Assembly: GCA_050743265.1 (NCBI GenBank)
Contig: JBOGEN010000107.1
Span: 5,612-69,611 of the forward strand
Direction: 5' to 3'
DNA length: 64,000 bases
Origin: Actinomycetes bacterium
Lineage (GTDB): Bacteria; Actinomycetota; Actinomycetes; JBOGEN01
Both the position numbers and the translations under genes were made by a program. How positions within the stretch are numbered: position 1 is the stretch's first letter; every line of letters starts with the position of its first letter. Below the pieces are notes generated by a model that made no database searches, was not told the DNA's origin, and saw nothing but the letters and a program-made list of their open reading frames with translations. Shown here one piece after another: positions 1 to 10,244 of this stretch.

Positions 1-339
1 GTCAAGTCGCTCGCCCGGTGGGGCCGCGAACACCACGTTCAGTACGCCGCCCTGCTCGGACGCGAACTCCGACTCGATGAGGTCGGTCGCCTTCTGTGTG
101 TCCGAGCCCGGGATCTCGAACTCGTCGCGCAGGCTCCCGCCGACCGTGCCGACGAGGGCGATGAGGACGACGACGATCCCCAGCCATGCCGAGATGACGC
201 GCCACGGGTGGGTGGCGCAGGCTCGCGTCCAGCGCGACAACGCGCCGGTGGCCTCGCGTTCGTGGGCAGCGCGTCGTGTCGTTTCGTTCTCTGGAGAGGA
301 TTCCGGGATTCGGGAGGTGTCAGCCCGGTCGTCAGTCAT
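1..339 (-). CDS. MMPL/RND-family transporter, N-terminal fragment (gene runs off the window start)
   Basis: Reverse-complement translation from ATG at 339: MTDDRADTSRIPESSPE…RWTRACATHPWRVISAWLGIVVVLIALVGTVGGSLRDEFEIPGSDTQKATDLIESEFASEQGG. This matches the MMPL N-terminus (first TM helix followed by the 'IPGS…S…A' periplasmic loop). Absent from the ORF track because it is truncated. Confidence 0.5.
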   Translation of the reverse strand, partial: MTDDRADTSRIPESSPENETTRRAAHEREATGALSRWTRACATHPWRVISAWLGIVVVLIALVGTVGGSLRDEFEIPGSDTQKATDLIESEFASEQGGVLNVVFAAPPGERLD

Positions 340-822
340 GCGCGTCGACCCCTCATTCGCCCCCGAGTGACCCCGGACCTCGGGGACTCATCCGAACAGT
401 AGAGTCGACTTTTCGCCCCGCCCACCACCGATTTTGCCGTGCGCTTAGAGCCACACCGACCACATCTCACATGACGTCGTACGTATGTAGCGACATTCGT
501 GCATCGGCGGAGAAAGACGGCTCCGTGTCGTTTTGATTCCGTCCCTGCGTCACGACGGGCTTTCTCGGGCAGGCCATTTCGCCGAAACAGGACACCCGAT
601 CACGTCCAGCGGACCCTGAGCTCGCCGTGGTCTGCAGCCGTCGACCATGCCGCCCGCGGACGGACGTTTCGTCACCGAGGCGTTCTTTGCTCGATTCTGG
701 TGGTTCGGGGTGTTTCGCCGTGCCGCCATGCGGGGTAGCCGACTGGCGCGGGTGGCGACTGCCGCCCGCTGCCTTCTACGTGACCGGATTCGGACCACTC
801 GGGGAGAAGGAGATCTCGACGA

Positions 823-1971
823 GTGGCGACCTGTCCTGGCGCAGCCCGGCACACGCGCGCAGCCCTGACCATCCTGGGCGTCGCGGTGATGTGGACGGTG
901 CTCGTCCTGCCCCCGGTGACCAGTCTGGCCGAGCCCCACCGAAGCCTCGAGGACGCTAGGGCCCAGGTGGCCTCGCTCCAGCACAAGGCCGAGATGGCGG
1001 CGGAGGAGTACAACACGGCCCGGGTCAAGCGCGAGCAGGTCCAGCGACGCCTTCGGGCCCTCCGTGCGCGGGTGCAGGACCAGCGTCGTGACGTGTCGGC
1101 GCTGCAGACGGACCTCGGTGGGATTGCGGCGGACACGTACCGCTCCGGCGGCGTCGGTGACGAGATGCAGCTCTTCCTTGCCGACAACCCGCAGGAGTTT
1201 CTCCGGGCGGCGGCTGCACTGCAGGAGATCTCCCGTCGGCAGGCCCTGCTGCTGCGGCACGCCGCCCGCGCCCAGCGCACGTTGGCGACCGACCAGCGCG
1301 AGCTCGTCGCCCAGGAGGCCCGTCGTGCCGAGATCAGCGGGACGCTGGCGGATCGCAAGGCCGAGGTCGAGACGCACCTGACCAAGGCCCAACAGGTGGT
1401 CGACTCCCTCGAGGCCGAGCAGCGTGCCCGTCTCGAGGCGCAGCGTCGTGAAGCGGCCCGTGAAGCACGAGAAGCCCGAGAGGCACGAGAGGCACGAGAG
1501 GCACGAGAGGCACGTGAGGCACGTGAGGCCCAGCAGGACGGGACCTCCGGTTCGACCCCCACTCCGACGGACTCCGGCTCGGACGGGTCGTCCGGGTCCA
1601 GCTCGGGGTCCGATGCGACCTCCCGGACCCCCGCCGAGACCGCGGTCGACTTCGCCTACGACCAGCTCGGCGAGCCGTACGTGTGGGGTGCAGACGGCCC
1701 GGACTCCTGGGACTGCTCCGGCCTGACCATGCAGGCGTGGGCAGCGGCCGGGGTCTCCTTGCCGCACTCCTCGTCGATGCAGTACAGCAGCGGCAGCAAG
1801 GTGTCACGGTCCGAGCTGCGCCCCGGTGACCTCGTCTTCTACTACTCACCGATCAGCCACGTGGCCATCTACGTCGGCAACGGCCAGATCATCCACGCGG
1901 CGAACTCCAGCGAGCCCGTAAAGACGGACCCGGTCGACCTCATGCCCTACACCGGAGCCGTCCGCCCCTGA
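823..1971 (+). CDS. NlpC/P60-family peptidoglycan endopeptidase with N-terminal coiled-coil (RipA-like)
   Basis: C-terminal region DFAYDQLGEPYVWGADGPDSWDCSGL…GDLVFYY…HVAIYVGNGQIIHA shows the catalytic Cys/His NlpC/P60 signature. N-terminal half is heptad-rich and coiled-coil-like, and a signal-like segment MWTVLVLPPVTSLA is present (true start may be internal). Confidence 0.8.
   Translation: MATCPGAARHTRAALTILGVAVMWTVLVLPPVTSLAEPHRSLEDARAQVASLQHKAEMAAEEYNTARVKREQVQRRLRALRARVQDQRRDVSALQTDLGGIAADTYRSGGVGDEMQLFLADNPQEFLRAAAALQEISRRQALLLRHAARAQRTLATDQRELVAQEARRAEISGTLADRKAEVETHLTKAQQVVDSLEAEQRARLEAQRREAAREAREAREAREAREAREAREAREAQQDGTSGSTPTPTDSGSDGSSGSSSGSDATSRTPAETAVDFAYDQLGEPYVWGADGPDSWDCSGLTMQAWAAAGVSLPHSSSMQYSSGSKVSRSELRPGDLVFYYSPISHVAIYVGNGQIIHAANSSEPVKTDPVDLMPYTGAVRP
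1447..1533 (+). repeat. In-frame 9-bp tandem repeat (gaggcacga-like, about 9 copies) encoding (EAR)n inside the NlpC/P60 gene
   Basis: Sequence cgtgaagcacgagaagcccgagaggcacgagaggcacgagaggcacgagaggcacgtgaggcacgtgaggcc translates to REAAREAREAREAREAREAREAREAQQ. Confidence 0.7.
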
Positions 1972-2343
1972 CCTGCGGCCTGCTGAGATCGTCCTGCCTG
2001 GACGATGCCTCGTGGCATCACCAAGGGCAGGCCCGCCGTGGCTGGCGTGCGAGCGGGGACTCTGACGACCGCGCGCACGTCAACGGCTGACGTCGTACAC
2101 CAGGTGGGTGACCCGGTCGCCTTGCACGATCCTGGTCGGGTTCTCCAGCAGCAGCGGCTCGGCCAGGCCGTCTGGGTCATGCCGGACACGCTATGGCCCT
2201 CATGCGCAAGAACGGAGGGGTGGCGGGCCCACCGTCCGCGCGGTCGGGAGGTGGGCGTGTGCCACGCTGATCGAGGGACCGGGTGTGGCTGGCGGGGCCG
2301 TCGGGGTCGCGTGAAACGCCGACTTTGTCCCGCCGAGCGGGTC

Positions 2344-3300
2344 ATGTGGAGTACGGATGACGGAACGATGACGGAGCCCTATCCGCGCGACCTGGTCGGC
2401 TACGGCGCCCGGCCACCGGACCCGCAATGGCCGGCGGGGGCCCGCGTTGCCGTCAGCTTCGTGCTCAACTACGAAGAGGGCGCGGAGAACACGCCCCTGA
2501 ACGGCGACGCCGTGGCCGAGTCGTTGATCAACGAGGTTCCGACGCTGCCTGTGCCGGGTGTGCGCAACGTCAGCACGGAGTCGTTCTACGACTACGGCGC
2601 CCGTGCCGGGGTGTGGCGAATCCTGCGCATGTTCGAGCGTGCCGAGATGCCGTTGACCGTCTTCGCCGTCGGCCAGGCGATCGCGGCCAACCCGGAGGTC
2701 GGTCGCGCGTGCACGGAGCTCGGGTACGAGGTGGCCAGCCATCACTGGCGCTGGATCGACTACTCGGCAATGGAGGAAGACACCGAGAGGGACCACGTCC
2801 GCTGGTCGATCGAGGCGATCGAGGCGGCGACCGGTGCGAAGCCCCGGGGGTGGTACGCGGGGCGGTCGAGCCTGCAGAGCCGTCGGCTCGCGGTCGAGGC
2901 CGGATGCTTCACCTACGACAGCGATGCCTATGACGACGACCTTCCCCATTGGACCGAGGTCAGCGGGCAGCCGTTGCTGGTGGTCCCGTACGCACTCGAC
3001 ACCAACGACACGAAGTTCATGCTGGGCCGGGGCTTCGGCGGAGGTGACTTCGAGACCTACCTGCGCCGAGCCTTCGACCACCTGTACGCCGAAGGCAGCG
3101 ATGCCCCGAAGATGATGAGCGTGGGGCTCCATTGCCGCGTCACGGGCAGGCCTGGGCGGGTGGCTGCGCTCGGCACCTTTCTCGACTACCTCGCCAGGTT
3201 CGACGACGTGTGGATCTGCCGCCGCGAAGAGATCGCTTCACACTGGTACGCCGTCCATCCGTACGGGAGGGGATCCCCACCCCGCAGCGCGCCAGCCTGA
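2344..3300 (+). CDS. Polysaccharide deacetylase-family protein (PuuE/allantoinase-like)
   Basis: ORF 2005..3300, with the conserved part starting at MWSTDDGTMTEPYPRDLVGYG. Motifs VSFVLNYEEGAEN, MPLTVFAVGQA and GYEVASHHWRWIDY are consistent with the NodB-like PuuE family. About 310-318 aa from the internal ATG at 2344 or 2368. Confidence 0.6.
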   Translation: MWSTDDGTMTEPYPRDLVGYGARPPDPQWPAGARVAVSFVLNYEEGAENTPLNGDAVAESLINEVPTLPVPGVRNVSTESFYDYGARAGVWRILRMFERAEMPLTVFAVGQAIAANPEVGRACTELGYEVASHHWRWIDYSAMEEDTERDHVRWSIEAIEAATGAKPRGWYAGRSSLQSRRLAVEAGCFTYDSDAYDDDLPHWTEVSGQPLLVVPYALDTNDTKFMLGRGFGGGDFETYLRRAFDHLYAEGSDAPKMMSVGLHCRVTGRPGRVAALGTFLDYLARFDDVWICRREEIASHWYAVHPYGRGSPPRSAPA

Positions 3301-3320
3301 CGGCCCGGTATCCGCGGCCA

Positions 3321-4478
3321 CTACTGGACGAGCTTGGTGAACGCGGCGTTGAGCGTCCTGTCCTCCTTGGCGGTGAACCCGCGGAAGGAGTGTGACCGGG
3401 CCAGGACATCCCGGCTCGGGAAGATCAGCTCGTTGTTCGCCACCTCGGGGTCGGTCTCCAGCAGGGCCTCCCGCGAGCCCACGACGGGGGAGATGTAGTT
3501 GACCCAGGCCTCCACCTCGGCCATGACCTCCGGGTCGTAGTAGAAGTTGATCAGCTTTTCCGCATTGGTGCGGTGACGGGCGTAGCGGGGAATCACGAAG
3601 TTGTCCGACCACGCGATGTGACCGTCGGTAGGCAAGGTGAAGCCGAGATCGGGGTTCTCCGCCTGCAGCCCCACCATGTCGCCGCTGTAGGCCAGGCAGG
3701 CCGCGATATCGCCGGACGAGAGACCGTTGAGGTAGTCGTTGCCGGTGAACCCCTTCAGCTGCGCGGAGTCCTTGACCTCGGTCAGCCTGTCGATCGCCCG
3801 GGCGAACTGGGCCGAGGTGAACGTGGCGGGGTTGATGCCCATCGACAGCATCGTGGAGCCAACGGTGTCGCCCACGTCGGTGAGGAGCGTCACCTTGCCC
3901 TTGAGCTGGCTGTCGGTGAAGAGCTGCTCGATGGACTCGACCGTGCCCCCGGCGGCCTTCGTGTTGTAGCCGATTCCGGTGAAACCGCTCTGCCACGGCA
4001 GTGAGTACCGCCGCTGCGGGTCGAACGGTGGCTTGGCGAGCGACGGCTGCAGGTTCTCGCGGTTGGGGATGTTCTCCGGACGCAGCGGGAGCAGGCAGTC
4101 CTCCCGAATCAGACGCGCAACGATCCAGTCCGTGCTGCACCAGACGTCACGAGCGAGCTGGCGGCCGCGCTTGAGCGCCCGCATGGCGGGGGCGACGAAC
4201 TGCTCGTTGTCGTAGTAGTCCGTCGTGTAGTTCACGCGGATACCGGTCTTCTCGGTGAAACGCTGCAGTGTGGGGTAGTCGCCGAGGTCGTCACCGGCGT
4301 CGATGTACTCCGGCCAGTTCGACCAGTTGACCACTTTCTCCTTGGCGGACAGGTCTGCCCGGGAGGCAGGGGGTTCCGGATCCGACCACGACCAGTCGCA
4401 GGATGCGAGCATGGCGGCCAGCCCGCCACCGAGGAGCAGCTCACGGCGGCTGACCAGTCCGGGCCTTACGGGCGTCAT
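3321..4478 (-). CDS. Spermidine/putrescine ABC transporter substrate-binding lipoprotein (PotD/PotF family)
   Basis: Lipobox LASC after the N-terminal signal. Family-typical segments are present (WSNWPEYID, YDNEQFVA…, DNFVIPRYARH). Its start overlaps the stop of the upstream gene by 4 nt. Confidence 0.75.
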   Translation of the reverse strand: MTPVRPGLVSRRELLLGGGLAAMLASCDWSWSDPEPPASRADLSAKEKVVNWSNWPEYIDAGDDLGDYPTLQRFTEKTGIRVNYTTDYYDNEQFVAPAMRALKRGRQLARDVWCSTDWIVARLIREDCLLPLRPENIPNRENLQPSLAKPPFDPQRRYSLPWQSGFTGIGYNTKAAGGTVESIEQLFTDSQLKGKVTLLTDVGDTVGSTMLSMGINPATFTSAQFARAIDRLTEVKDSAQLKGFTGNDYLNGLSSGDIAACLAYSGDMVGLQAENPDLGFTLPTDGHIAWSDNFVIPRYARHRTNAEKLINFYYDPEVMAEVEAWVNYISPVVGSREALLETDPEVANNELIFPSRDVLARSHSFRGFTAKEDRTLNAAFTKLVQ

Positions 4479-6157
4479 GTCCCCGCCTCGATGACGGTGT
4501 GGAGGAAGACGTCGCGGATGTCGGACGCCGTGTCGACCGTGTACTCCGCGCCTCCGGTCGCCGCCGAGATCCGCTTCAGCGTCGCTGTGTCGGCGTCGGG
4601 CCCGATCGCGATCGTGAAGATCGGCAGTGGCTGAGAGGAGCTGCGGGTCTCCTTGAGCCTGGTGAGCAGGTCATCCAGTGTCATGCCCGGCAAGGTGTTG
4701 GCGCCGTCGGTCACGAGCACCACCGAGTTGTACCGCTGCGGGTCAAAGTCCTTCCGCACGGCCTGAAAGGCGTCCCAGGCCGTTCTGTACAGGCCCGTGT
4801 CGCCCAGGCGCTCGGTCAGGCGCGATAGCTGGTCGGTCTGGGTGCTGAGCGCCTGACGGCGCGCGTCCGCGTCGTCCGGTGAGCCGACGGTTCCCAGCGG
4901 CACCAGTTCGCGCCACGGGCGCGAGCCGGTCAGATTCGTGGAGAAGGCCCACATGCCCAACTGCGCCGTGTCGGGAAGGTATTCGACGACATCCGCGGCG
5001 GCTGCCGCGGCGAAACGGATCTTGTCGCCGCCGTCGTCGGCCATCGACCCCGAGACGTCGACCACCATGAGGGTCCGGTTCTGGCGCTGGGCCGCCGACC
5101 ACACGCGGAAGGCGTCGACGACCTGCGCGTCGCTCGCCTGAGGCAGCGACCGCACCTCTGCTGTCGGCGCGATGCCGTCGAAGTCGACCGTCGTCGAGAA
5201 GGCGTCACCGTCGGCGTTGCGCAGCCCATGCGCTCGCAGCGTGCGCTGCGCCGGGGATCCGTAGAGGGAGGAGACGAACTCCTGGACAGCGGCGACGTGC
5301 GCCCCATGCTGCGTCGCCGGCGTGAACTGGACGACCGGGAAGTCGAGCGACATGCCCTCCCCGCTCGGATAGACGGAGTCGACCTTCATCGGTCCGGGTC
5401 CGGAGTTCGCCTCGATGACGGCGTGCTCGCTGGCGGGAAACGGCTGCGAGGTCGACGACCGCGGCTTGGCCATCCCCTCGGCGTCACCTGTCAGGACGGT
5501 GGACGAGAGCGCGACGAGGCTCGAGACGAGCGCGCGTGTCGGTGAGCCGGACGCACTGCCGAACGCGTCCTGCGCTGTGGCCAGGGTCAGCAACCCGGCC
5601 GTGCTCTGCTCCGGGTCCACCACGGCGAGAGGCGTCTCTCCCGAGAGCACCTCGGACCAGCCGCCGTCCAATGCCGACAGGGAGTCCGCGTCGTCCGCCG
5701 GTGCCGCGACGACGATCGGCGAGCTCGCGATGGACGGTGACACCCAAGCGCTCTGGACAGGCGTGTTCTCCCCGTTCGTGTCGCGCCTCAGTTGCTGGAC
5801 CCACTGGGAGGAGTCGGGAACCCAGACGTCCGGCGGGTCCACGTTCGGCTTTGCGAGCTCGGCCACGGACTCGGCGCTGGTGCTGCTGGTCACGTGCACG
5901 GACGGGCAGGCGCCATCGCGCGCGCCCCGCTTCGCCCATGCCGCCCGCAGTGCGGGGGCCACGCTCGGGGCCGCGGTCACCTCGACGTCCTGGCCCGCGC
6001 AGTCCGACTGAGCGCGTACGAGGCCGACGACGGCGAGGGGTGCCAGGGCCACGAGCAGCACGGGCAGCGCGACACGTCGGAGCGCTCGGGACGAGCGAAG
6101 ATTCCCCCGGGGACGACCTCTCGCGCGGAGGCCGGACGCGCTGTGACGCCCTGTCAT
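4475..6157 (-). CDS. Secreted/membrane-anchored protein with N-terminal substrate-binding-like domain and C-terminal VWA domain
   Basis: N-terminal hydrophobic segment ALPVLLVALAPLAVVGLV. VWA MIDAS-like motifs VVDVSGSMADDG … VVLVTDGAN … IAIGPDAD. Confidence 0.7.
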   Translation of the reverse strand: MTGRHSASGLRARGRPRGNLRSSRALRRVALPVLLVALAPLAVVGLVRAQSDCAGQDVEVTAAPSVAPALRAAWAKRGARDGACPSVHVTSSTSAESVAELAKPNVDPPDVWVPDSSQWVQQLRRDTNGENTPVQSAWVSPSIASSPIVVAAPADDADSLSALDGGWSEVLSGETPLAVVDPEQSTAGLLTLATAQDAFGSASGSPTRALVSSLVALSSTVLTGDAEGMAKPRSSTSQPFPASEHAVIEANSGPGPMKVDSVYPSGEGMSLDFPVVQFTPATQHGAHVAAVQEFVSSLYGSPAQRTLRAHGLRNADGDAFSTTVDFDGIAPTAEVRSLPQASDAQVVDAFRVWSAAQRQNRTLMVVDVSGSMADDGGDKIRFAAAAAADVVEYLPDTAQLGMWAFSTNLTGSRPWRELVPLGTVGSPDDADARRQALSTQTDQLSRLTERLGDTGLYRTAWDAFQAVRKDFDPQRYNSVVLVTDGANTLPGMTLDDLLTRLKETRSSSQPLPIFTIAIGPDADTATLKRISAATGGAEYTVDTASDIRDVFLHTVIEAGT

Positions 6158-6595
6158 GAGTTGCGTACGCCCCGTTCCGGATTTCCTCGGTCATCGGTGC
6201 GACACAGTGTGAGAGAACTGCGCCAACGGCTGGACCACAACTTGACACAATTCTCCGCGCATTTCACCTGGAGTATCGCCGTGTGAATACCCGGACACCA
6301 TCCGTGAGCGTCGCCTGCCTTCGCCGAATAGCCCGCGCATTACCCGAGGGGATCGTCCACGGCGACGGCGCTGCCTTCCCCGGCATGTGAGGCGAGCTGC
6401 CGCTCGATGGGTGACTAGCCTCTCCAGCCCGCCTGAGGGGGTCTCGGGTGGCTGGTTGAGGCGCCTGGCCGAGGGCGAGGAAGTCAACCGGTCGCGCCTG
6501 TCGATTTCGGCCGATCCCGTTCGATGCATCGGTGACACCTGACGCGAGCTGGACGGCATCGGACCCGTCGGGCTCCACGAGGATCCAAGGAGTTC

Positions 6596-8203
6596 GTGAT
6601 GCGCGACGTAGGTTGCGAGGTCGTGTCCGCGACCGGCCGCCGGGAGTGGCTCGGCGTCGGTGTGCTGGCTCTGACGGCGCTGCTGCTGTCCCTCGACGTG
6701 AGCGTCCTGTACCTGGCCTTGCCACGGCTGAGTGCGGATCTGGGTGCGGACGCGACGCAGCAGCTGTGGATCCTGGACATCTACTCGTTCCTGCTGGCCG
6801 GGTTCCTCGTGACCATGGGCAATCTCGGTGACCGGATCGGCCGCCGGAAGCTGCTGCTCATCGGCGCCACCGCGTTCGGCGTGGCCTCCGTCGTCGCGGC
6901 GTACGCGACGAGCCCGGGCCTGCTGATCGTCGCGAGGGCGGCGCTGGGAGTCGCCGGGGCGACGCTGATGCCGTCGAGCATGGCGCTGATCCGCAACATG
7001 TTCCCCGACCCCCAGAAGATGGGAGTCGCCATCGGAGTGTGGTTCAGCTGCTTCATGGGCGGCATGGCGCTGGGTCCGCTGGTCGGCGGGGCGCTGCTCG
7101 AGATGTTCTGGTGGGGCTCGGCGTTCCTGCTCGGGGTCCCGTTCATGGCTCTGCTGCTGGTCACCGGGCCGGTGCTGCTTCCGGAGTACCGCAACCGGGC
7201 GGCCGGGCGCTTGGACCTTGCCAGCGTCCTCATGTCGCTGGCTGCGATCCTGCCGCTCGTCTTCGGCCTCAAGGAGGTGGCCCGCGGCGGCGACGTCCGG
7301 TCGGCCGTGGCCGCCGTGTTGGCGGGGGCCGTCTTCGCGGTGCTGTTCTGCCGTCGGCAGCGGCGGCTGGCTGACCCGCTCCTGGACCTGAGCCTGTTCA
7401 CGAACCGTACGTTCAGTACGGCGCTGACGATCATGCTGCTCGGCGGCGTCGTCATGGCCGGGGTGTCGTTCATGGCCACCCAGTACCTCCAGCTGGTCGC
7501 GCGCCTGTCGCCGCTCGAGGCGGGGACCTGGATGCTCCCGTCCAACATCGGGCTGCTGGCCGGGTCGACGCTCGCGCCGGTCCTCGCGCGCCGGCTGTCC
7601 ATGGGGAGGGTCATCTCGTCCGGTCTGGTGATCTGCGGCCTCGGCCTGCTGCTGCACACGCAGGTCGGTCAGCTGGGCGGGCTGACGCTGGTGGTGACCG
7701 GTCTGACGCTCGCGTCGTTCGGCATCATGCTGCCCGCCACGCTGACGATGGGCCTGCTGATGGGAGCCGCCCCACCGGAGAAGGCCGGCTCGGCCGCGTC
7801 GGTGTCGGAGACGAGCGCCGAGTTCGGCGTCGCAGCAGGCGTGGCGGCACTGGGCAGCCTCGGAACCTTCGTGTACCGGAGCCAGCTCGACAGCGGCGCA
7901 CCCGCCGGTGTTCCGGCGGCTGCCGCCGAGGCGGCAGGTCAGAGCCTGGCCGGCGCCGTCGAGGTCGCCGAGAGCCTCCCCGCTCATCTGGGCGTGCCCC
8001 TGCTCGACAGTGCGCACCACGCCTTCAACGACGGCCTGAACGTCGTCGGCGGAACCGGTGCGGTGATCTTCCTCGTCCTGGCCGCAGTCGCGGCGTACGT
8101 CGTGAGGGGCGAGGGCAGCACCACGCAGGCGGGCACCTCCGCCGACCTGGACGCCACGGACGAGAGCGAGCCGACGAGCGAGACGGCGACCGTGGCGGCA
8201 TAG
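6596..8203 (+). CDS. MFS transporter, DHA2-type (14-TMS-like drug:H+ antiporter)
   Basis: MFS motif A region GNLGDRIGRRKLLLIG and multiple hydrophobic helices. Acidic C-terminal tail. Confidence 0.8.
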   Translation: MMRDVGCEVVSATGRREWLGVGVLALTALLLSLDVSVLYLALPRLSADLGADATQQLWILDIYSFLLAGFLVTMGNLGDRIGRRKLLLIGATAFGVASVVAAYATSPGLLIVARAALGVAGATLMPSSMALIRNMFPDPQKMGVAIGVWFSCFMGGMALGPLVGGALLEMFWWGSAFLLGVPFMALLLVTGPVLLPEYRNRAAGRLDLASVLMSLAAILPLVFGLKEVARGGDVRSAVAAVLAGAVFAVLFCRRQRRLADPLLDLSLFTNRTFSTALTIMLLGGVVMAGVSFMATQYLQLVARLSPLEAGTWMLPSNIGLLAGSTLAPVLARRLSMGRVISSGLVICGLGLLLHTQVGQLGGLTLVVTGLTLASFGIMLPATLTMGLLMGAAPPEKAGSAASVSETSAEFGVAAGVAALGSLGTFVYRSQLDSGAPAGVPAAAAEAAGQSLAGAVEVAESLPAHLGVPLLDSAHHAFNDGLNVVGGTGAVIFLVLAAVAAYVVRGEGSTTQAGTSADLDATDESEPTSETATVAA

Positions 8204-8288
8204 CGAGACAACCGCCCGCATCCCGAAGCACACTCGGCGGGATGCGGCCGGAGAGGTTCTCAGACGACAGGCCAGGAAGGGAGACACC

Positions 8289-8882
8289 GTGTCCGCAACC
8301 GTTCTCTACATGTCCATGTCCCTCGACGGATTCATCGCCGGGCCCAACGAGGGGCCGGGCAACGGGCTGGGCGACGGCGGGCATCGCCTGCACGAGTGGG
8401 TCTTGACGGACGGCGTCGTCGACAACAAGGCCCGTGGAGCGGGCGTCAACGGCCAGGTGGTCGACGAGTTCATGGCGACGGGGGCGGTCGTCGCCGGCCG
8501 CGGGACCTTCGAGCCCGCGGACGGCTGGGGCGGCGACCACCACCACGGCGTCCCGATCTTCGTCCTGACCCGCCGTGAGCCCGGCAGCGAGACGGAGCAG
8601 TGGCCGCTGGTGACCTACGTGTCCGACGTCACGACGGCCATGACCGAGGCCAAGCGGGCCGCAGGCGACAAGAACGTGCTGGTCCACGGCGCCGGCACCG
8701 CCCGGCTCGCGCTCGCTGCCGGCGTCCTCGACGAGCTCGAGATCCATCTCATCCCGGTACTCCTCGGCCAAGGGCGCCGTCTCTTCGACGAGCGCGGTCC
8801 CGAGCACGTCGAGCTGGAGCGCACCCGGATCCTCGAGGGGGAGGCCGGTGTCGTCCACATGCACTACCGGGTCCAGCGCTGA
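8289..8882 (+). CDS. Dihydrofolate-reductase-family protein (RibD C-terminal-like)
   Basis: YMSMSLDGFIAGPN…VLVHGAGTARLALAAGVLDELEIHLIPVLLGQGRRLF is the typical signature. Confidence 0.75.
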   Translation: MSATVLYMSMSLDGFIAGPNEGPGNGLGDGGHRLHEWVLTDGVVDNKARGAGVNGQVVDEFMATGAVVAGRGTFEPADGWGGDHHHGVPIFVLTRREPGSETEQWPLVTYVSDVTTAMTEAKRAAGDKNVLVHGAGTARLALAAGVLDELEIHLIPVLLGQGRRLFDERGPEHVELERTRILEGEAGVVHMHYRVQR

Positions 8883-9104
8883 GGTCGCCGGCGGGCGTCC
8901 GTCGGACGCGATGACGGGCAGGGCGAGGCCGCGGTCCCTGGCCGTCGCTGCCGTGCCGCGCGGGTGTCGCCTCCTCACCGGACACGAGCCCTTCCGCTGA
9001 TCAAAGCCGGGTGTTCGCTGGAGCGACACCTTCCCGCCGCGTCCGTGGGCGACCTTGTCGACGAGCGGAGATGACCGCTGCCTGAGATCGGCCGTGGAGG
9101 ACGT

Positions 9105-10214
9105 GTGACCAGACAGTTCAGCACCTGCAGTCCCCATCCCCCGGACGGGGACGACGGCGCCCGCGTCTGGGTGGAGTCGCCCCTGCAGATGCTCTCGGCC
9201 GTGGAGTGCTTTCACCGCGGCCTTCTGGGCAACCGCGCGGACCTCGTCCCTCGCCAGGGATCGCCCAGCATGACCCGTACGGCCTCTGAGCTCTCCGGCC
9301 TGGGGCTGCCCCAGGGGCTGCGCATCGCCAGCCCGGCAGGCACGCCACCGAGGTTCCCCCGTCACGGGGCCTGGGGGGTCGGCGACCCGTTCTCCGGCCA
9401 GGTCCAGAGGCGATGGCTCTTCTCGCCCCCGCGCCACGACCTGGTGCTCGTGGATGACGGGCTGGCCACGGTGCACCTGCTCGATCTGCTGTCCCGCCCG
9501 CGACCCGCGCCGATCGTCCGCGCCCGTGCCCGACCCACCCCCGCCCGGGTCGCGCTCGCTCGCGTGACGGCCTCGCGGCTGCTTGCCGCGGCGAACGCCG
9601 GTCGGCTCGTGGTGTTCACGGCCCTGGCGGTCGAGGACGGCCTGGCGCGAGAGGTGTCCGAGCTCGGCGTACGCCTCGTCCCTCACGACTTCGGCTGGCT
9701 TCGATCGCAGCCCAGCCCCGCGGCGCCCAGCGAACGGCTGGTGGTTCTCGGTACGTCCCTCGTGGCCAATGGCCTGGTCCACGCGGAGCCCTACCTGGCG
9801 TGGATGCGGGAGCTCGCACGTCACGGTGCGGTGGCCTACTACCCGCACCCCCGCGAGGACGCGCGCACACTGGACCGGCTGCGGGCGTATCCGGGTGTCG
9901 GCGTCAGGGACCTGGGGGCGCCGGCGGAGGTGCAGCTTCGCGGTCTCGGGCCCCGCCACCGGCTGCTGAGCCTGCCCTCTACCGCCGTCACGTCGCTTCG
10001 TCTCCTTCTCGCCCCCGCAGGGGCCGTCGTCGATGGCCTCAGGGTGCCGGAGGCCTGGTGGACAAGCCGGGTGCCGACCGAACTCCGTGCCCACCTCAAC
10101 CTCACGGTCACGGGGGCTGACCAGGGCTGTCGGCGACAGGAGGCCCCTGCGCCACCGTCCCAAGGGATCCTCCCGCTGGACGCGGCCGCTCCCCGCGGGC
10201 TGCTCACCCCGTAG
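9105..10214 (+). CDS. Hypothetical protein, possibly a glycosyltransferase-like component of the downstream glycan locus
   Basis: GTG start preceded by ggagga. Non-low-complexity segments are present (LVLVDDGLATVHLLDLL, RLVVFTALAVEDG), but no recognisable motif. The long opposite-strand ORF 8025..10274 is R/G/P-rich and looks like a GC artefact. Confidence 0.4.
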   Translation: MTRQFSTCSPHPPDGDDGARVWVESPLQMLSAVECFHRGLLGNRADLVPRQGSPSMTRTASELSGLGLPQGLRIASPAGTPPRFPRHGAWGVGDPFSGQVQRRWLFSPPRHDLVLVDDGLATVHLLDLLSRPRPAPIVRARARPTPARVALARVTASRLLAAANAGRLVVFTALAVEDGLAREVSELGVRLVPHDFGWLRSQPSPAAPSERLVVLGTSLVANGLVHAEPYLAWMRELARHGAVAYYPHPREDARTLDRLRAYPGVGVRDLGAPAEVQLRGLGPRHRLLSLPSTAVTSLRLLLAPAGAVVDGLRVPEAWWTSRVPTELRAHLNLTVTGADQGCRRQEAPAPPSQGILPLDAAAPRGLLTP

Positions 10215-10244
10215 CCACCTCTGCGAGGGCGACAGGAGGGAACG

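Noticed and set aside
550-1767. 405-aa and 296-aa minus-strand ORFs (also 672..1562) antisense to the NlpC/P60 gene
   Set aside because: Composition artefact; (SRA)n is simply the reverse reading of the (EAR)n repeat.
3238-4140. 300-aa minus-strand ORF and several 60-150 aa ORFs inside the PotD-like gene region
   Set aside because: Overlapping-frame GC artefacts. The PotD-family frame has lipobox, signal and family motifs.
6191-8287. 698-aa ORF on the minus strand opposite the MFS transporter gene
   Set aside because: Translation is extreme R/G/P/H/Q low complexity, typical of antisense frames in 70% GC DNA. The sense strand encodes a well-formed MFS protein.
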